From Eledone cirrhosa (Eukaryota): DNA of 64,000 bases. The notes beneath the pieces were generated by a model, which ran no database searches, was not told the origin of the DNA, and was given only the letters and a program-made list of their open reading frames with translations. A program made the translations under genes and the position numbers. Of this stretch, positions 21,956 through 35,800 are shown piece after piece. The stretch spans positions 34,472,001 through 34,536,000 of the forward strand of contig OZ024760.1 in the NCBI GenBank assembly GCA_964016885.1, written 5' to 3'. Each line of letters begins with the position of its first letter. Position 1 is the stretch's first letter.

Positions 21956-24900
21956 TCATCATCATCATCATCATCATCAGGTTTAGCGTCCATGTTCCAC
22001 GCTTGCATGGGTTTGGACGGGGGTTTTCCCACTTGAGGCAAGAGTGGTTGTCTTGCTCGCATAGGACTGTCTGGCGGGTTTTCTACAGTTGGATGCCCTT
22101 CCTAACACCAACCACATTTACAGTGTGGGGCTGGGAGGTTTTTACCGTGTTGCCTACACGGCCACATTTACAGCGTGGACTGTGTGTTTTTTTTGTCGTG
22201 ACACCTACACGATCTCATTTGTTTCGGCCTGGATGTTGTGGGACCAACATAACTGTACATTGAAAGGGGCGGTGTGGATGGGGTGGAGGTGGTGGGACGG
22301 GAGGGTGTTTTGATAGAGATGCCTACTGACTGTAGTAGGTTTTTACTTTGTATTTAGGTGAGGCGGGTCTTCTCTATTACTGAGTACCGCCAAAGGTCTC
22401 GGTCCAGTGACATTGTCTTGGAGAGGTGTAAGCGTGTGAGGTCGGAATTTATCAGCTCGTCCCATGTTTTTCTGGGTCTGCCTACTCCGTGGCTACCGTC
22501 TATCTTTATTGCCCTGCACTTTGTTATACAGCTGTCGTCTTTCATGCGCATCACGTGACCGTACCAACGTAGCCTTCTCTCGAGTAAACAACATCTGATC
22601 CCTCTTATTTCTAATTTTTTCCTTCGTTTATGCTTTGCCGTTCACGTATATTACTATTGCACATCCAGCGGAGCATGCAAGCTTCGTTCCTCTCTAGTCT
22701 GCGTATATCCTCTGCACACAATGCCCAGGTCTCACTGCCATGCAGCATTGCTGTTCGTATGCAGGCATCGTATAACCTGCCTTTCATTTTTAGGGAGAAC
22801 CCTCTAGCGGCTAATAGTGGTATAAGCTCTCTGAACTTTTTCCATCCAGTTCTGACTCTAGCTACTGTACTTTCAGAGCACCCTCCCCCACTGCTGATTT
22901 TGTCACCCAGGTAACGGAAGCTGTCCACTATTTCTATAGAACCCTCTGCGCAGTTGAAGGAGCTAGTATTTTGTGGGCACTTGCTGCTACTTATTGCACC
23001 AGAGCACCGGCCACATGTAAAATCTATGTTCTTAGTTAGCTTACCTGTGATCCCACTACATCTTTTATGCACCCATACTTTGCATTTGGGACATAAAATG
23101 GAGTTTCTACCTACGCCTTTCCTTACACACTGAGCATGGCCATTTCCCAGATGGGACTGCCGCCATATTTTCTTTCCTAAAAAACTAGAACTTTTGTCTT
23201 AGCCAGGTTAATTTTAAGGCCTTTTGATTCTAGGCCGTGCTTCCATGTTTGGAATTTCTTCTCTAGTTCGGTCATTGATTCAGCTATGAGCGTTAGATCA
23301 TCTGCGTATAGGAGTTCCCATGGGCAGCCGGTCTTGAACTCCTCTGTTATAGCCTGAAGGGCAATAATAAATAGTAGGGGGCTAAGAACAGAGCCCTGAT
23401 GGACACCAAATTTTACGCTAAACTCTTCACTATATTCGTTGTTAATTCTAACCTTACTGACTGTTTCTTTATACATGGCTTGTATAGCTCTCACAAGCCA
23501 TTCATCAACACCTAGTTTTCTAAGAGACCACCAGATAATGGAACGGGGGACTCTGTCGAAGGCTTTCTCCAAGTCGACGAAAGCTAAGTATAGGGGTTTA
23601 CTTTTAGCTAGGTACTTCTCCTGTAGTTGTCGTACAATGAAAAGAGCGTCTGTGGTACTTTTGCCTGACACAAACCCGAACTGCATTTCATCTAGATCAA
23701 TTCTCTCTCTGATTAGTTGCGCTATTACTTTTTCCGTGACCTTCATGACCTGGTCGATTAATTTAATGCTTCTATAGTTACTCCTATCTAGGGCATCTCC
23801 TTTTCCCTTATAGCAGTTAACGATGATGCTGCTACGCCAGTCCTTCGGAACAACCCCATTCTGTACGACTTGGTTAACTATCCGGGTGACCATGGTGTGT
23901 CCCACCGAACCAGATGCCTTCAGCATCTCAGCAACTATTTCCGAAGGACCAGCCGCCTTACCCGTCTTCATATCTTTGATTGCCTTGCTTATTGTACTAC
24001 CCTGGACTAACACTGCTGGTCCCTCTATTGGGTCGATGTGGGGGAGACTGTCTTTCTCCCATTTGTTCTCCTCATTTAGAAGCCTTTCGTAGTGACACTT
24101 CCAAGCTACCTTCTTATCAGCGTCGGTGATGGCAAGTATGCCATCATCGTTAAGCACACACTTCTCCCCGACAATATCACGGTTTTCCTTGACACATTGC
24201 CTGGCAATCCTGAACACCTCACGTTTTTGGTCCTCACGTTGTAGAACATGCTTGAACTTTCTTTCCTCTGCTTCCCTTCTTGCGAAGTACACTTGTCTCC
24301 TAGCTTCCCTCCTGGCTACCTGATAGTCTTCTCTACTTCCCCCATCCCGCCATGCTTTCCAAGCCTGCTTTTTGGCCTTAATTGACTCCTCCACCTTACT
24401 GTTCCACCACCATGTTACTCTCCTCCTACCTACAGGCCTGCTCCAGCCACAGACTTCGTCTGCCGCCGTCAGCAGGTTTGCTCTCAGGAATTCCCACTGT
24501 TCCTCTATATTATACGACTCTAATTGCTCTTCCTTACTGTCGAAAGCGTCAAGTAATATGCTTTGAAATTTATTTCTGGCTATGGGGTCCTTTAGCTTCC
24601 ATATTTTTCTCCTGAGGATAGTCCTCTTCCGCTGTCTAGTACGTCTCGTCCTGACTATGAGGTCGCTAATTATCAGTCTATGTTGGGAGGTGAATTCTTC
24701 ATGGGGATTTAGTGTTAACAACAGACACTCTGTCACGTCTTCTGGTAAGGATATAATCTACCTGGCTTGTGTGTTCCCCCGATCTATAGGTGATCAAGTG
24801 ATTGTCTCGTTTTTTGAAGTTAGTGTTACAGATAGTTAAGTTATTTGCGTCGTAGAATTCCAGGATTCTGGAGCCTTCCTCATTTCTAGTACCGAACCCA

Positions 24901-26245
24901 TAGCCTCCATGGATTCCGTCATAGCCGTCACAATGCTGTCCAACGTGACCATTTAGGTCGCCTGCAATAACTATATAGTCACTGTCGGTTATTTGGGAGG
25001 TAGCGAGCATCAGTGTCTCGTAGAATCTGTCTTTTATAGCACCGGGCAGTCCGGATTGTGGCGCGTACGCAGATATTACTGTCACCGTAGTTTTATTGAG
25101 GACAAGTCTTATTTTAATTATTCTGTCGTTCACTCTATTTACGTCTATTATCTTATCTGCCCACTTTTCTGCTACCATGATTCCTACCCCACCCAACCCA
25201 TTGTCATTTCCCACCCAGAAAAGCTTATAGCATCGTTCTTTACCCACGATGAATCTAGCCGACCCTCCCCTCCACCTGGTCTCTTGAATACAACAAACAT
25301 CGACCTCCTTACGTTCAAGCATTTCTACAACCTCGTTAGAGCGACCCTTTAAGGTGCCTACATTCATGGTACCAACTCTGAAGTTTTGGATTGCGTTTGG
25401 AGGGTGGGAGGGGTGGGGCGCGGGGGGGGGGGGGGGGTTATGTTGGCCATCCTGGGCCGAAACAAGGCGGAGTGCTTGCATTCTCGTCCACGAGGTGAAT
25501 TTGTCTTTATCTTTGGCATTGTCGCTGAGCGTCCACATTTTTCTCTCTTCAACTCTCCAGAATTCCGTAGTCCATCCATCATATCGAAAAGCAACCAGTT
25601 AGGCGATAGTATGGGCCTCTGACTTATGATTGGTCCACGTAATAATGGTGGTGCATGGGGGAGGGTGGGAGGGATGATGTGTTGTTAGCGAGAATGTAAG
25701 GTTTAAGATAAGATCGCTGTATTTTGGGCATAATTTAACAATAAACGAAAATACAAGATTTGTTTTGTTTAAGAAAATACGATAGAGAAAATGCGGTGAT
25801 AGGGAAAATATGATTTTTAGAGAAAAAATATGATATAGAATGATAGAATGATAGAATGGTGAAAATATGATATAGTGTGAAATTAGGACATAGAACAGTC
25901 ATTGAAATGAATGGATTCGAATGGAGAGAAGAATCGAGAAAAATATATTTGGACGTTACTTTATACCGCAAGAAGAGCCATCCCAGAAATAGCGAGTGTG
26001 ATTAATTTTGGTAGGGATTTATCTTATATGTATAGAGAGGGATGGGGGGGGGCAGGAACCAGCATGATGTATGGGTAGGGGGTAGAAGATGGGATGGAGC
26101 AGAGGTTAAGAGTTTAAATAGGTACTAGAAGTTTTGCGTAGAACTTAGCAAGTTTAACAAAATATATTTAAAGGAATATATAATAGTGATTTGTTTTTGT
26201 TATGAAAATATGACAGAGTTAAGCGAGAATGTAAGGTTTAAGATA

Positions 26246-26249
<4 letters not shown>
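21956..26249 (-). mobile_element. RTE-clade LINE, copy B, near full-length but frameshifted (AP endonuclease + RT + PHD-like finger); 5' boundary uncertain (25620-26249)
   Basis: ORF 24699-25538 has VGTMNVGTL, CCIQETRW, SAYAPQ, IAGDLNGH, SQVDYIL (APE). ORF 23177-24736 is the RT with LLYADDL. C-terminal ORFs are 22611-23072 and 22354-22554. There is an (ATC)n tail at 21956-21978. Confidence 0.95.
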
Positions 26250-26279
<30 letters not shown>

Positions 26280-26281
<2 letters not shown>

Positions 26282-26430
26282 CTACTTTTGGCACAAGGCC
26301 AGCAATTACCCAGTGTATTACTGGTACTTTATTTTATCAACCCCGTAAGTATGAAAGGTAAAGTTAACCTCAACGGAATTTGAACTCAGACCACAAAGGG
26401 CCGTAACTCTTTGCTACAAAGCATGGCGTC
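26280..26430 (-). mobile_element. SINE family 2, 5'-truncated
   Basis: Reverse complement of the 17428-17617 body. Confidence 0.8.
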
Positions 26431-26530
26431 CATATATAGTGCTGCATCGTTTACCAACCCGAACCATTAGCTCTACCCATAGGTAAACAGCCTAACATAA
26501 ATGATATATATATACATAGATATAGATATT

Positions 26531-26742
26531 TATGAGGGTTGGCTGGAAAGTTCATAGGCTGACTGTAAAGGAGAGATACTAGAACTGTGAAATCTTGTAT
26601 GCATTCATTTCAACACTTTTTCTTAATAACTCCATTGTTTCTTTCCAAGTAAATTGACATCTGACTGTTCAAAGAAGACTTCAAAAGTAACTAGTAGCGA
26701 CTTCTCTTGAAAATGGACAAAATTTGGCATTGTGGTGTTATC
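26531..26742 (+). mobile_element. Mariner-like DNA transposon 5' remnant
   Basis: TA-TGAGGGTTGGCTGGAAAGTTC resembles mariner TIRs. ATG at 26713 reads MDKIWHCGVI, like mariner transposase N-termini, and then breaks off. Confidence 0.45.
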
Positions 26743-26844
26743 TCTTTTGTGACCATTTTCTTAAGAATATATTGCTTTTGTGTTTTAATTACCAAAATGA
26801 CGAATTGTGAAAGTTTAAAAAAAACAACTAAATGTTAACTGAAT

Positions 26845-27033
26845 AATTGTTTTTACTTTTGGCACAAGGCCAGCAATTACCCAGTGCATTACTGGTACTT
26901 TATTTTTTCGACCCGTAAGGATGAAAGGCAAAGTTAACCTCGGCAGGATTTGAACTCAGAATAGCAAGAGCCGTAACTCTATGCATGAAAGCATGGTGTC
27001 CGACCCGCTACCAATACTGCCAATCCACTGCCC
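26845..27033 (-). mobile_element. SINE family 2, full-length with 15-bp TSD
   Basis: TGTTAACTGAATAAT at 26833-26847 and 27035-27049. Confidence 0.9.
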
Positions 27034-27049
27034 TTGTTAACTGAATAAT

Positions 27050-27258
27050 GGTTTTTAATTTAGGCACAACGCCAACAATTTTGTGGGGAGGGTGAAGTTG
27101 ATTATATCAACCCCAGTATGTAACTGGTATTTTATCTTATTAACCCCAGAAGGATGAAAGGAAAAATTGACCCTGGCGGAATTTGAACTCAGATTGTAAA
27201 CAGCCGGAACAAATTCTGCTATGCTTTTGTCCAACGTTTTAATGGCTCAGCCAATCCA
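27050..27258 (-). mobile_element. Older related SINE (family 2 variant)
   Basis: GGATGAAAGG..GGCGGAATTTGAACTCAGA..GCCAATCCACC, with a longer tail. Confidence 0.7.
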
Positions 27259-27315
27259 CCACCTACAACTTCCAAGACAAATATTTATCTACTTGAATCT
27301 TATCTGGCATATAAT

Positions 27316-27497
27316 AATTGTTTCTACTTTTGGCCAGCAATTATCCCAGTGTATTACTGGTACTTTATTTTATCGACCCCGTAAGGATGAAAGGCAAAGT
27401 TAACCTCAGTGGGATTTGAACTCAGATCATAAAGGGCCGTAACTCTGCTGCAAAGCATGGCATCCGACCCTCTACCGATACTGCCAATCCATCGCCC
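27316..27497 (-). mobile_element. SINE family 2, full-length with 16-bp TSD
   Basis: TCTGGCATATAATAAT at 27303-27318 and 27499-27514. Confidence 0.9.
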
Positions 27498-27571
27498 TTC
27501 TGGCATATAATAATGAGATTTGAATTTAAATTTGAACAGTTTAATAAAAGTAGTTTTGTACAGGTTGGTGT

Positions 27572-27792
27572 TTAACTCGTTAGCATTTAAACTGGCCATA
27601 TCCGGCCAGAATTCTCTCCCCTCTTTCTGTTAAAACCGTCTGTAACCAGCTGCTCATACATATATTAAGGTATTGTTCACAAAATATATAATCTCATTGA
27701 TTCAATATTATGTGAGATAACTATGTGAAATAAAGTGTTTATCAGGAAAATACAATAGTAAATATAGAGTACTGTAAATGTTAAAGGGTTAA
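27572..27792. mobile_element. Possible piggyBac-like MITE
   Basis: TTAA-bounded imperfect TIRs: TTAACTCGTTAGCATTTA ... TAAATGTTAAAGGGTTAA. Confidence 0.45.
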
Positions 27793-28324
27793 AAGAATTT
27801 ATGCTTTCGATCAACTCTTATAAATAAATGTTCTAAAAAGAAAATAATAACTTTATTTATTTCAAATTTTATCATAATGTCAGGAAGAAAAGAACAAAAG
27901 CTGTGGGGGAGAAATAGGGGGGTGAAACTAGACTTTTTGTTGGATGGTGTATCTCATCTGCACCCAGTGGACAAGATGGCTAAAACATTGCCATGGAAAA
28001 CAGCCAGTGATTCCCGCTTCACCAGCCCTTCCACTTCACAGGGTTTTTCTATGAAGTGTTTTGTGTTAATTTGTTTTTGTATTTTTTTCAGTTTCTCTAT
28101 TAATTAATTGCCAATTATCAGACTATTTTATTACTCTATGTTTATCATTTAATTTGATTATTTAAAAATTTCCTTTTGCTTTCTTTATTGATCTTTCATC
28201 TTGGAAGTATTTTTCCTGTCCAGAAATTATTCTACTAAATATATTTAGTTTCTTCTATTTTCTGCTGATATTTTATTGCTACTAATTTGAAAATGTTCTG
28301 TGATCATGATTCTCTTTTCTTAGG

Positions 28325-28520
28325 CCAATTACCTCCCTTGAGAGACCAGCCTGCTGAGGAAGTGGGTATATTATCTGTTGGACTTTTAAACCAATTACCT
28401 CCCTTTAGAGACCAGCCTGCTGGGAAGGGGATATGCTGTTTGTTGGGGAACAGGGTATATTATCTGTTGGGGAACAGGGTTATACTAACTGTTGGAGAAA
28501 GGGGTATACTATCTGTTTGT
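28325..28520. repeat. Compound tandem repeats (66-bp-spaced CCAATTACCTCCCTT..GAGACCAGCCTGCTG x2; ~21-bp TCTGTTGGGGAACAGGGTA x~4)
   Basis: Direct reading. Confidence 0.7.
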
Positions 28521-28706
28521 TATAAATCTTGGTAGAATTGTCTCAGCTTTTCCAGTGATAGTTGAGATTTGCACTCAGAACAGATACCACAAGACCAGCA
28601 CTCACCTATGTATACCAGTCTCCACTCTCTACACCACCGATGTTGTCCAAGGGAAAGGCAAAGACCGAAACAGCTTGGCACCAGTGATGTCACAACACAC
28701 TATATT

Positions 28707-29215
28707 TCTATATATATAAAGTTGTAGTTGTTGTCTGTTTGTTTGTTCACGAACTCCTCCTATGGTTTTGGGAGATAGACCCCCACAACCATATATATTC
28801 TGAAACTACATTGCCCATGGTACTTGGACAAGTATATTTAATTTTAATCAAAGGTTTCCCTGGGAACACATACAAGTTATGGGCTTCCAAAATATTAAAC
28901 CCCCTATAGTGAATATTTTGGAAGCGCATAACTTGAGTATTGGAAGCTCTATTATCACGGGGTTTTTCTATTAATTAAACGTAAATCAACAAAAAAAGGA
29001 CCTCACCTTTATAGTAAAATTTGGCTAATTTAGACATTTTATCTATGGCAAAACATTACTAGATATATGACAAAAATTATTAGTTAAAGCCTCTACTTTT
29101 TTAACATTTTCCCTTTATTTTTTCTCCATAAATTATATCACTGATTTAAAATCAATCATCATTTTCTTACAAAAAAAATGAGTGAAACGCATAAAGGCGC
29201 GGGTAATTCGGCTAG
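28707..29215 (+). mobile_element. Non-autonomous Helitron-like element
   Basis: 5' TCTATATATATAAA and (TTTG)n; 3' GGCGCGGGTAATTCGGCTAG|T. Confidence 0.65.
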
Positions 29216-29237
29216 TACACTATATATACACTATATA

Positions 29238-29408
29238 CCAAGGGAAAGGTAAAGATTGATAGAGCTTGGCACATTTCTGCAGCAAACTGGAGCAATGTGA
29301 AATAAAGTGTCTTGCTCAAGGATACAACGCATCACCCGGTCCAGAAATCAAACTCACAACCTCATGATTGTGAACTCAAAGCTTTAAACATTAAGCCATG
29401 CACCTTCA
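29238..29408 (-). mobile_element. Diverged tRNA/CORE-like SINE (related tail fragment at ~28590-28692)
   Basis: Reverse complement of the SINE head/core: CTGGAGCAATGTGAAATAAAGTGTCTTGCTCAAGG..TAAGCCATG. Confidence 0.75.
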
Positions 29409-29865
29409 TTATATAAAGGGTTACAGACAGTGAAATATATATATATATACAAACACACATGGCAAATTATTAAGGTTGATATACACAGTTGTAATAAAAG
29501 TTGACACATATACTTACTTAAATAGCTATTTATAATACGTCAGTTTATATATAAATTAATTACCCCATTATGTACCCTCCATCTTATTCCTGTCTATATA
29601 ATCAGTAAATTAATGTTATACAACATTGTATAAGCTACCCACTCAATTGCCATACACATAAATTATTGTTCAATAAATGTTCGTGACATTGAGAATTATT
29701 GTCCAATATTTACTTAAAAGCCCTACTTTTTAACACCCTGTACTGCATAAAATCACATTAGTAAAACATTCTTGAAAAGTACAAAACAACACTATGACTA
29801 CACCACTTTAAACACTAAAGTCTTCACCTTAATACTGCAAATTTTCACGTTTTGTGTAAAGATAA

Positions 29866-32800
29866 TTAAAGATACTATAGTAGAGATACTATAGTAAAGA
29901 TACTATAGTAAAGATACTATAACTAAAGATACTATAGTAAAGATACTATAACTAAAGATACTATAGTAAAGATACTATAACTAAGGATACTATAGTAAAG
30001 ATACTGTAACTAAATATACTATAACTAAAGATACTATGACTAAAGGTACTATAGTAAAGATGCTATAACAAAAGATACTATAGTAAAGGTACTATAACTA
30101 AAGATTCTATAGTAAAGGTACTATAACTGAAGATGCTATAGTAAAGATACTATAGTAAAGACACTATAACTAAAGATACTATAGTAAAGATACTATAGTA
30201 AAGATACTATAATTAAAGATACTATGAATAAAGATACTATAGTAAAGATACTATAACTAAAGATACTATATTAAAGATTCTATAGTAAAGATACTATAAC
30301 TAAAGATACAATAACTAAACATACTATAGTAAAGATACCATAACTAAAGATACTATAGTAAAGATACCATAACTAAAGATACTATATTAAAGATACTATA
30401 GGAAAGGTACTATAACTAAAGATAATATAGTAAAGAAACTATAATAAAGATACTATAACTAAAGATACCATAACTAAAGTAACTATTGTAAAGATACTAT
30501 AGTATAGATATAACTAAAGATACTATAGTAAAGATACTATAATAAAGATACGATAATTGAAGATACTATAACTGAAAATACTATAACTCAAGATACTATA
30601 GTAAAGATACTATAGCTAAAGATACTATAATAAAGATACTATAACTAAAGATACTATAGTAAAGATATTGTAACTAAAGATACTATAACTAAAGATACTA
30701 TAGTAAAGATACTATGATAAGGATACTATAGTAAAGATACTATAACTAAAGATGCTATAGTAAAGATAATATAGTAAAGATACTATAGTAAAGACACTAT
30801 AGCTAAATATACTATAGTAAAGATATTATAACTAAAGATACTATAGTAAAGATACTATAACTAAAGATAATATAGTAAAGATACTCCAACTAAAGATACT
30901 ATAACTAAAGAAACTCTAACAAAAGATACTATAACTAAAGATACTATAACTAAAGATACTATAGTAAAGATACTATAAATGAAGATACTATAGTAAAGAC
31001 ACTATAACTAAAGATACTATAGTTAAGATACTATAACTAAAGATACTATAGTTAAGATACTATAACTAAAGATACTATAATAAAGATACTATAACTAAAC
31101 ATACTATAACTAAAGATACGGTAGTAAAGATACCATAACTAAAGATACGGTAGTAAAGATACCATAACTAAAGGTACTATAACTAAAGATAATATAGTAA
31201 AGATACTATAGTAAAGATAATATAACTAAAGATGCTATAACTAAAGCTACTACAGTAAAAAAACTATAACTAAAGATACTATAGTAAAGAAACTATAATA
31301 AAGATACTATAACTAAAGATACTATAGTAAAGATACTCTAACTAAAGTAACTATTGTAAAGATACTATAACTAAAGATACTATAACTAATGATACTATAA
31401 CTAAAGATACTATAGTAAAGATACTATAACTGAAGATACTATAGTAAATATACTATAACTGAAGATACTATAGCTAAAGATACTATATTTAAGATACTAT
31501 AGTAAAGTTACTATAACTAAAGATACTACCGTAGAGATACTATAGTAAAGATACTATAACTAAAGATACTATAGTATAGATACTATAACTAAATATACTA
31601 TAGTAAAGATACTATAACTAAAGATACTAGAATAAAGATACTCTAACAAAAGATACTATAGCAAAGATACTATAACTAAAGATACTATAGTAAAATACTG
31701 TAGTAGAGATACTATAACTACAGATTCTATTGAAAAGATACTATAATTAAAGATACTATAACTAAAGATACTATAGTAAAGGTACTATAACAAAGATAAT
31801 ATAACTAAAGATACTATAGTAAAGATAATATAACTAAAGATACTATACTAAAGATACTATAGTAAAGATACTATAACTAAAGATACTATAGTAAAGATAC
31901 TATAACTGAAGCTACTACAGTAAAGATACTATAGTAAAGATACTAAACTAAAGATACTATAGTAAAGAAACTATAATAAAGATACTATAACTAAAGATAC
32001 TATAGTAAAGATACTATAACTAAAGTAACTATTGTAAAGATACTATAGTATAGATATAACTAAAGATACTATAGTAAAGATACTATAGTAAAGATACTAT
32101 CACTAAAGATACTATCGTAAAGATATTATAACTAAAGATACTATAGTAAAGATACTATAACTAAAATACGATAGTAAAAATACTATAACTAAAGTAAATA
32201 TTGTAAAGATACTATAGTATAGATATAACTAAAGATACTATAACTAAAGATACTATAGTAAAGATACTATAACTAAAGTAACTATTGTAAAGATACTATA
32301 ACTAAAGATACTATAGTATAGATATAACTAAAGATACTATAATAAAGATACTATAGTAAAGATACTATAACTAAACATACTATAGTAAAGATACTGTAGT
32401 GAAGATACTATAGTAAAGATACTATAACTAAAGATACTATAATAAAGATACTCTAATGAAGATACTATAACTAAAGATACTATAGTAAAGATGTAATAAC
32501 TACAGATACTATAGTAAAGATACTATAACTAAAGATGCTATAGTAAAGATATTATAACTGAAGATACTATAGTAAAGACACTATAACTAAAGATACTATA
32601 GTAAAGATACTATAGTAAAGATACTATAACTAAAGATAATATAACTAAAGATACTATATTTAAGATACTATAGTAAAGATACTACCCTAGAGATACTATA
32701 GTAAAGATACTATAACTAAAGATACTATAATAAAGTACTCTAACAAAAGATACTATAGCAAAGATACTATAGTAGAGATACTATAACTACAGATACTATT

Positions 32801-35800
32801 GAAAAGACAATATAATTAAAGATAATATAGTAAAGATACTATAACTAAAGATACTATAGTAAAGGTACTATAACAAAGATAATATAACTAAAGATACTAT
32901 AGTAAAGATAATATAACTAAAGATACTATAGTAAAGATACTATAGTAAAGATACTATAACTAAAGATTCTATAGTAAAGATACTATAACTAAAGCTACTA
33001 CAGTAAAGATACTATAGTAAAGAAACTATAATAAAGATACTATAACTAAAGATACTATAGTAAAGATACTATAGTAAAGACACTATAGCTAAATATACTA
33101 TAGTAAAGATATAACTAAAGATACTATAGTAAAGATACTATAACTAAAGATACTATAGTAAAATACTATAACTAAAGATACTATAACTAAAGATACTATA
33201 GTAAAGATAGTCTAACTAAAGATACTATAACTAAAGAAACTCTAACTAAAGATACTATAGTAAAGATACTATAACTAAAGATACTGTAGTAAAGATACTA
33301 TAGTAAAGATATAACTAAACATACTATAGTAAAGATACTATAATTAAAGATACTGTAGTGAAGATACTATAGTAAAGATACTATAACTAAAGATACTATA
33401 ATAAAGATACTCTAATGAAGATACTATAACTAAAGATACTATAGTAAAGATGTAATAACTAAAGATACTATAACTAAAGATGCTATAGTAAAGATATAAC
33501 TGAAGATACTATAGTAAAGACACTATAACTAAAGATACTATGGTAAAGATACTATAGTAAAGATACTATAGTAAAGATACTATAACTAAAGATACTATAG
33601 TAAAGACACTATAACTAAAGATACTATAGTAAAGATACTATAACTAAAGATACTATAGTAAAGATAATATAGTAAAGATACTATAACTAAACGTACTATA
33701 GTAAAGAAACTATAACTAAAGATACTATATTTAAGATACTACCATAGAGATACTATAGTAAAGATAATATAACTAAAGATACTATAGTAAAGATACTATA
33801 ACTAAATATACTATAGTAAAGATACTATAACTAAAGATACTATAATAAAGATACTCTAACAAAAGATACTATAACGAAAGATACTATAGTAAAATACTGT
33901 AGTAGAGATACTATTGAAAAGATACTATAACTAAAGATACTATAGTAAAGGTACTATAACAAAGATAATATAACTAAAGATAATATAACTAAAGATACTA
34001 TAGTAAAGATACTATAACTAAAGATACTATAGTAAAGAAACTATAATAAAGATACTATAACTAAAGTAACTATTGTAAAGATACTATAGTATAGATATAA
34101 CTAAAGATACTACAGTAAAGATACTATCGTAAAGATATTATAACTAAAGATACTATAGTAAAGATACTATAACTAAAGTAACTATTGTAAATATACTATA
34201 ACTAAAGATACTATAGTATAGATATAACTAAAGATACTATAGTAAAGATACTATAATAAACATACTATAGTAAAGATACTGTAGTGAAGATACTATAGTA
34301 AAGATACTATAACTAAAGATACTATAATAAAGATACTCGAATGAAGATACTATAACTAAAGATACTATAGTAAAGATGTAATAACTAAAGATACTATAGT
34401 AAACATACTATAACTAAAGATGCTATAGTAAAGATATTATAACTGAAGGTACTATAGTAAAGACACTATAACTAAAGATACTATAGTAAAGATACTATAA
34501 CTAAAGATAATATGACTAAAGATACTATATTTAAGATACTATAGTAAAGATACTACCCTAGAGATACTATAGTAAAGATACTATAACTAAAGATACTATA
34601 ATAAAGATACTATAGCAAAGATACTATAACGAAAGATACTATAGTAGAGATACTATAACTACAGATACTATTGAAAAGACACTATAATTAAAGATACTAT
34701 AGTAAAGATGATATAACTAAAGATACTATAGTAAAGATACTATAACTAAAGATACTATAGTAAAGATACTATAACTAAAGCTACTACAGTAAAGATACTA
34801 TAGTACAGAAACTATTATAAAGATACTATAACTAAAGATACTATAGTAAAGATACTATAGTAAAGACACTATAGCTAAATATACTATAGTAAAGATATTA
34901 TAACTAAAGATACTATAGTAAAGATACTATAACTAAAGATACTATAGTAAAATACTATGACTAAAGAAACTCTAACTAAAGATACTGTAGTAAAGATACT
35001 ATAGTAAAGATATAACTAAACATACTATAGTAAAGATACTATAATTAAAGATACTGTAGTGAAGATACTATAGTAAAGATACTATAATTAAAGATACTAT
35101 AATAAAGATACTCTAATGAAGATACTATAACTAAAGATACTATAGTAAAGATGTAATAACTAAAGATACTATAGTAAAGATACTATAACTAAAGATGCTA
35201 TAGTAAAGATATTATAACTGAAGATACTATAGTAAAGACACTATAACTAAAGATACTATGGTAAAGATACTATAACTAATGATACTATAGTAAAGACACT
35301 ATAACTAAAGATACTATAACTAAAGATACTATAGTAAAGATAATATAGTAAAGATACTATAACTAAAATACTATAGTAAAGATACTATAGCTAAAGTAAC
35401 TATTGTAAATATACTATAGTATAGATATAACTAAAGATACTATAACTAAAGATACTATAGTAAAGATACTATAACTAAAGTAACTATTGTAAAGATACTA
35501 TAACTAAAGATACTATAGTATAGATATAACTAAAGATACTATAGTAAAGATACTATAACTAAACATACTATAGTAAAGATACTATAATTAAAGATACTGT
35601 AGTGAAGATACTATAGTAAAGATACTATAACTAAAGATACTATAATAAAGATACTCTAATGAAGATACTATAACTACAGATACTATAGTAAAGATACTAT
35701 AACTAAAGATGCTATAGTAAAGATATTATAACTGAAGATACTATAGTAAAGACACTATAACTAAAGATACTATGGTAAAGATACTATAGTAAAGATACTA

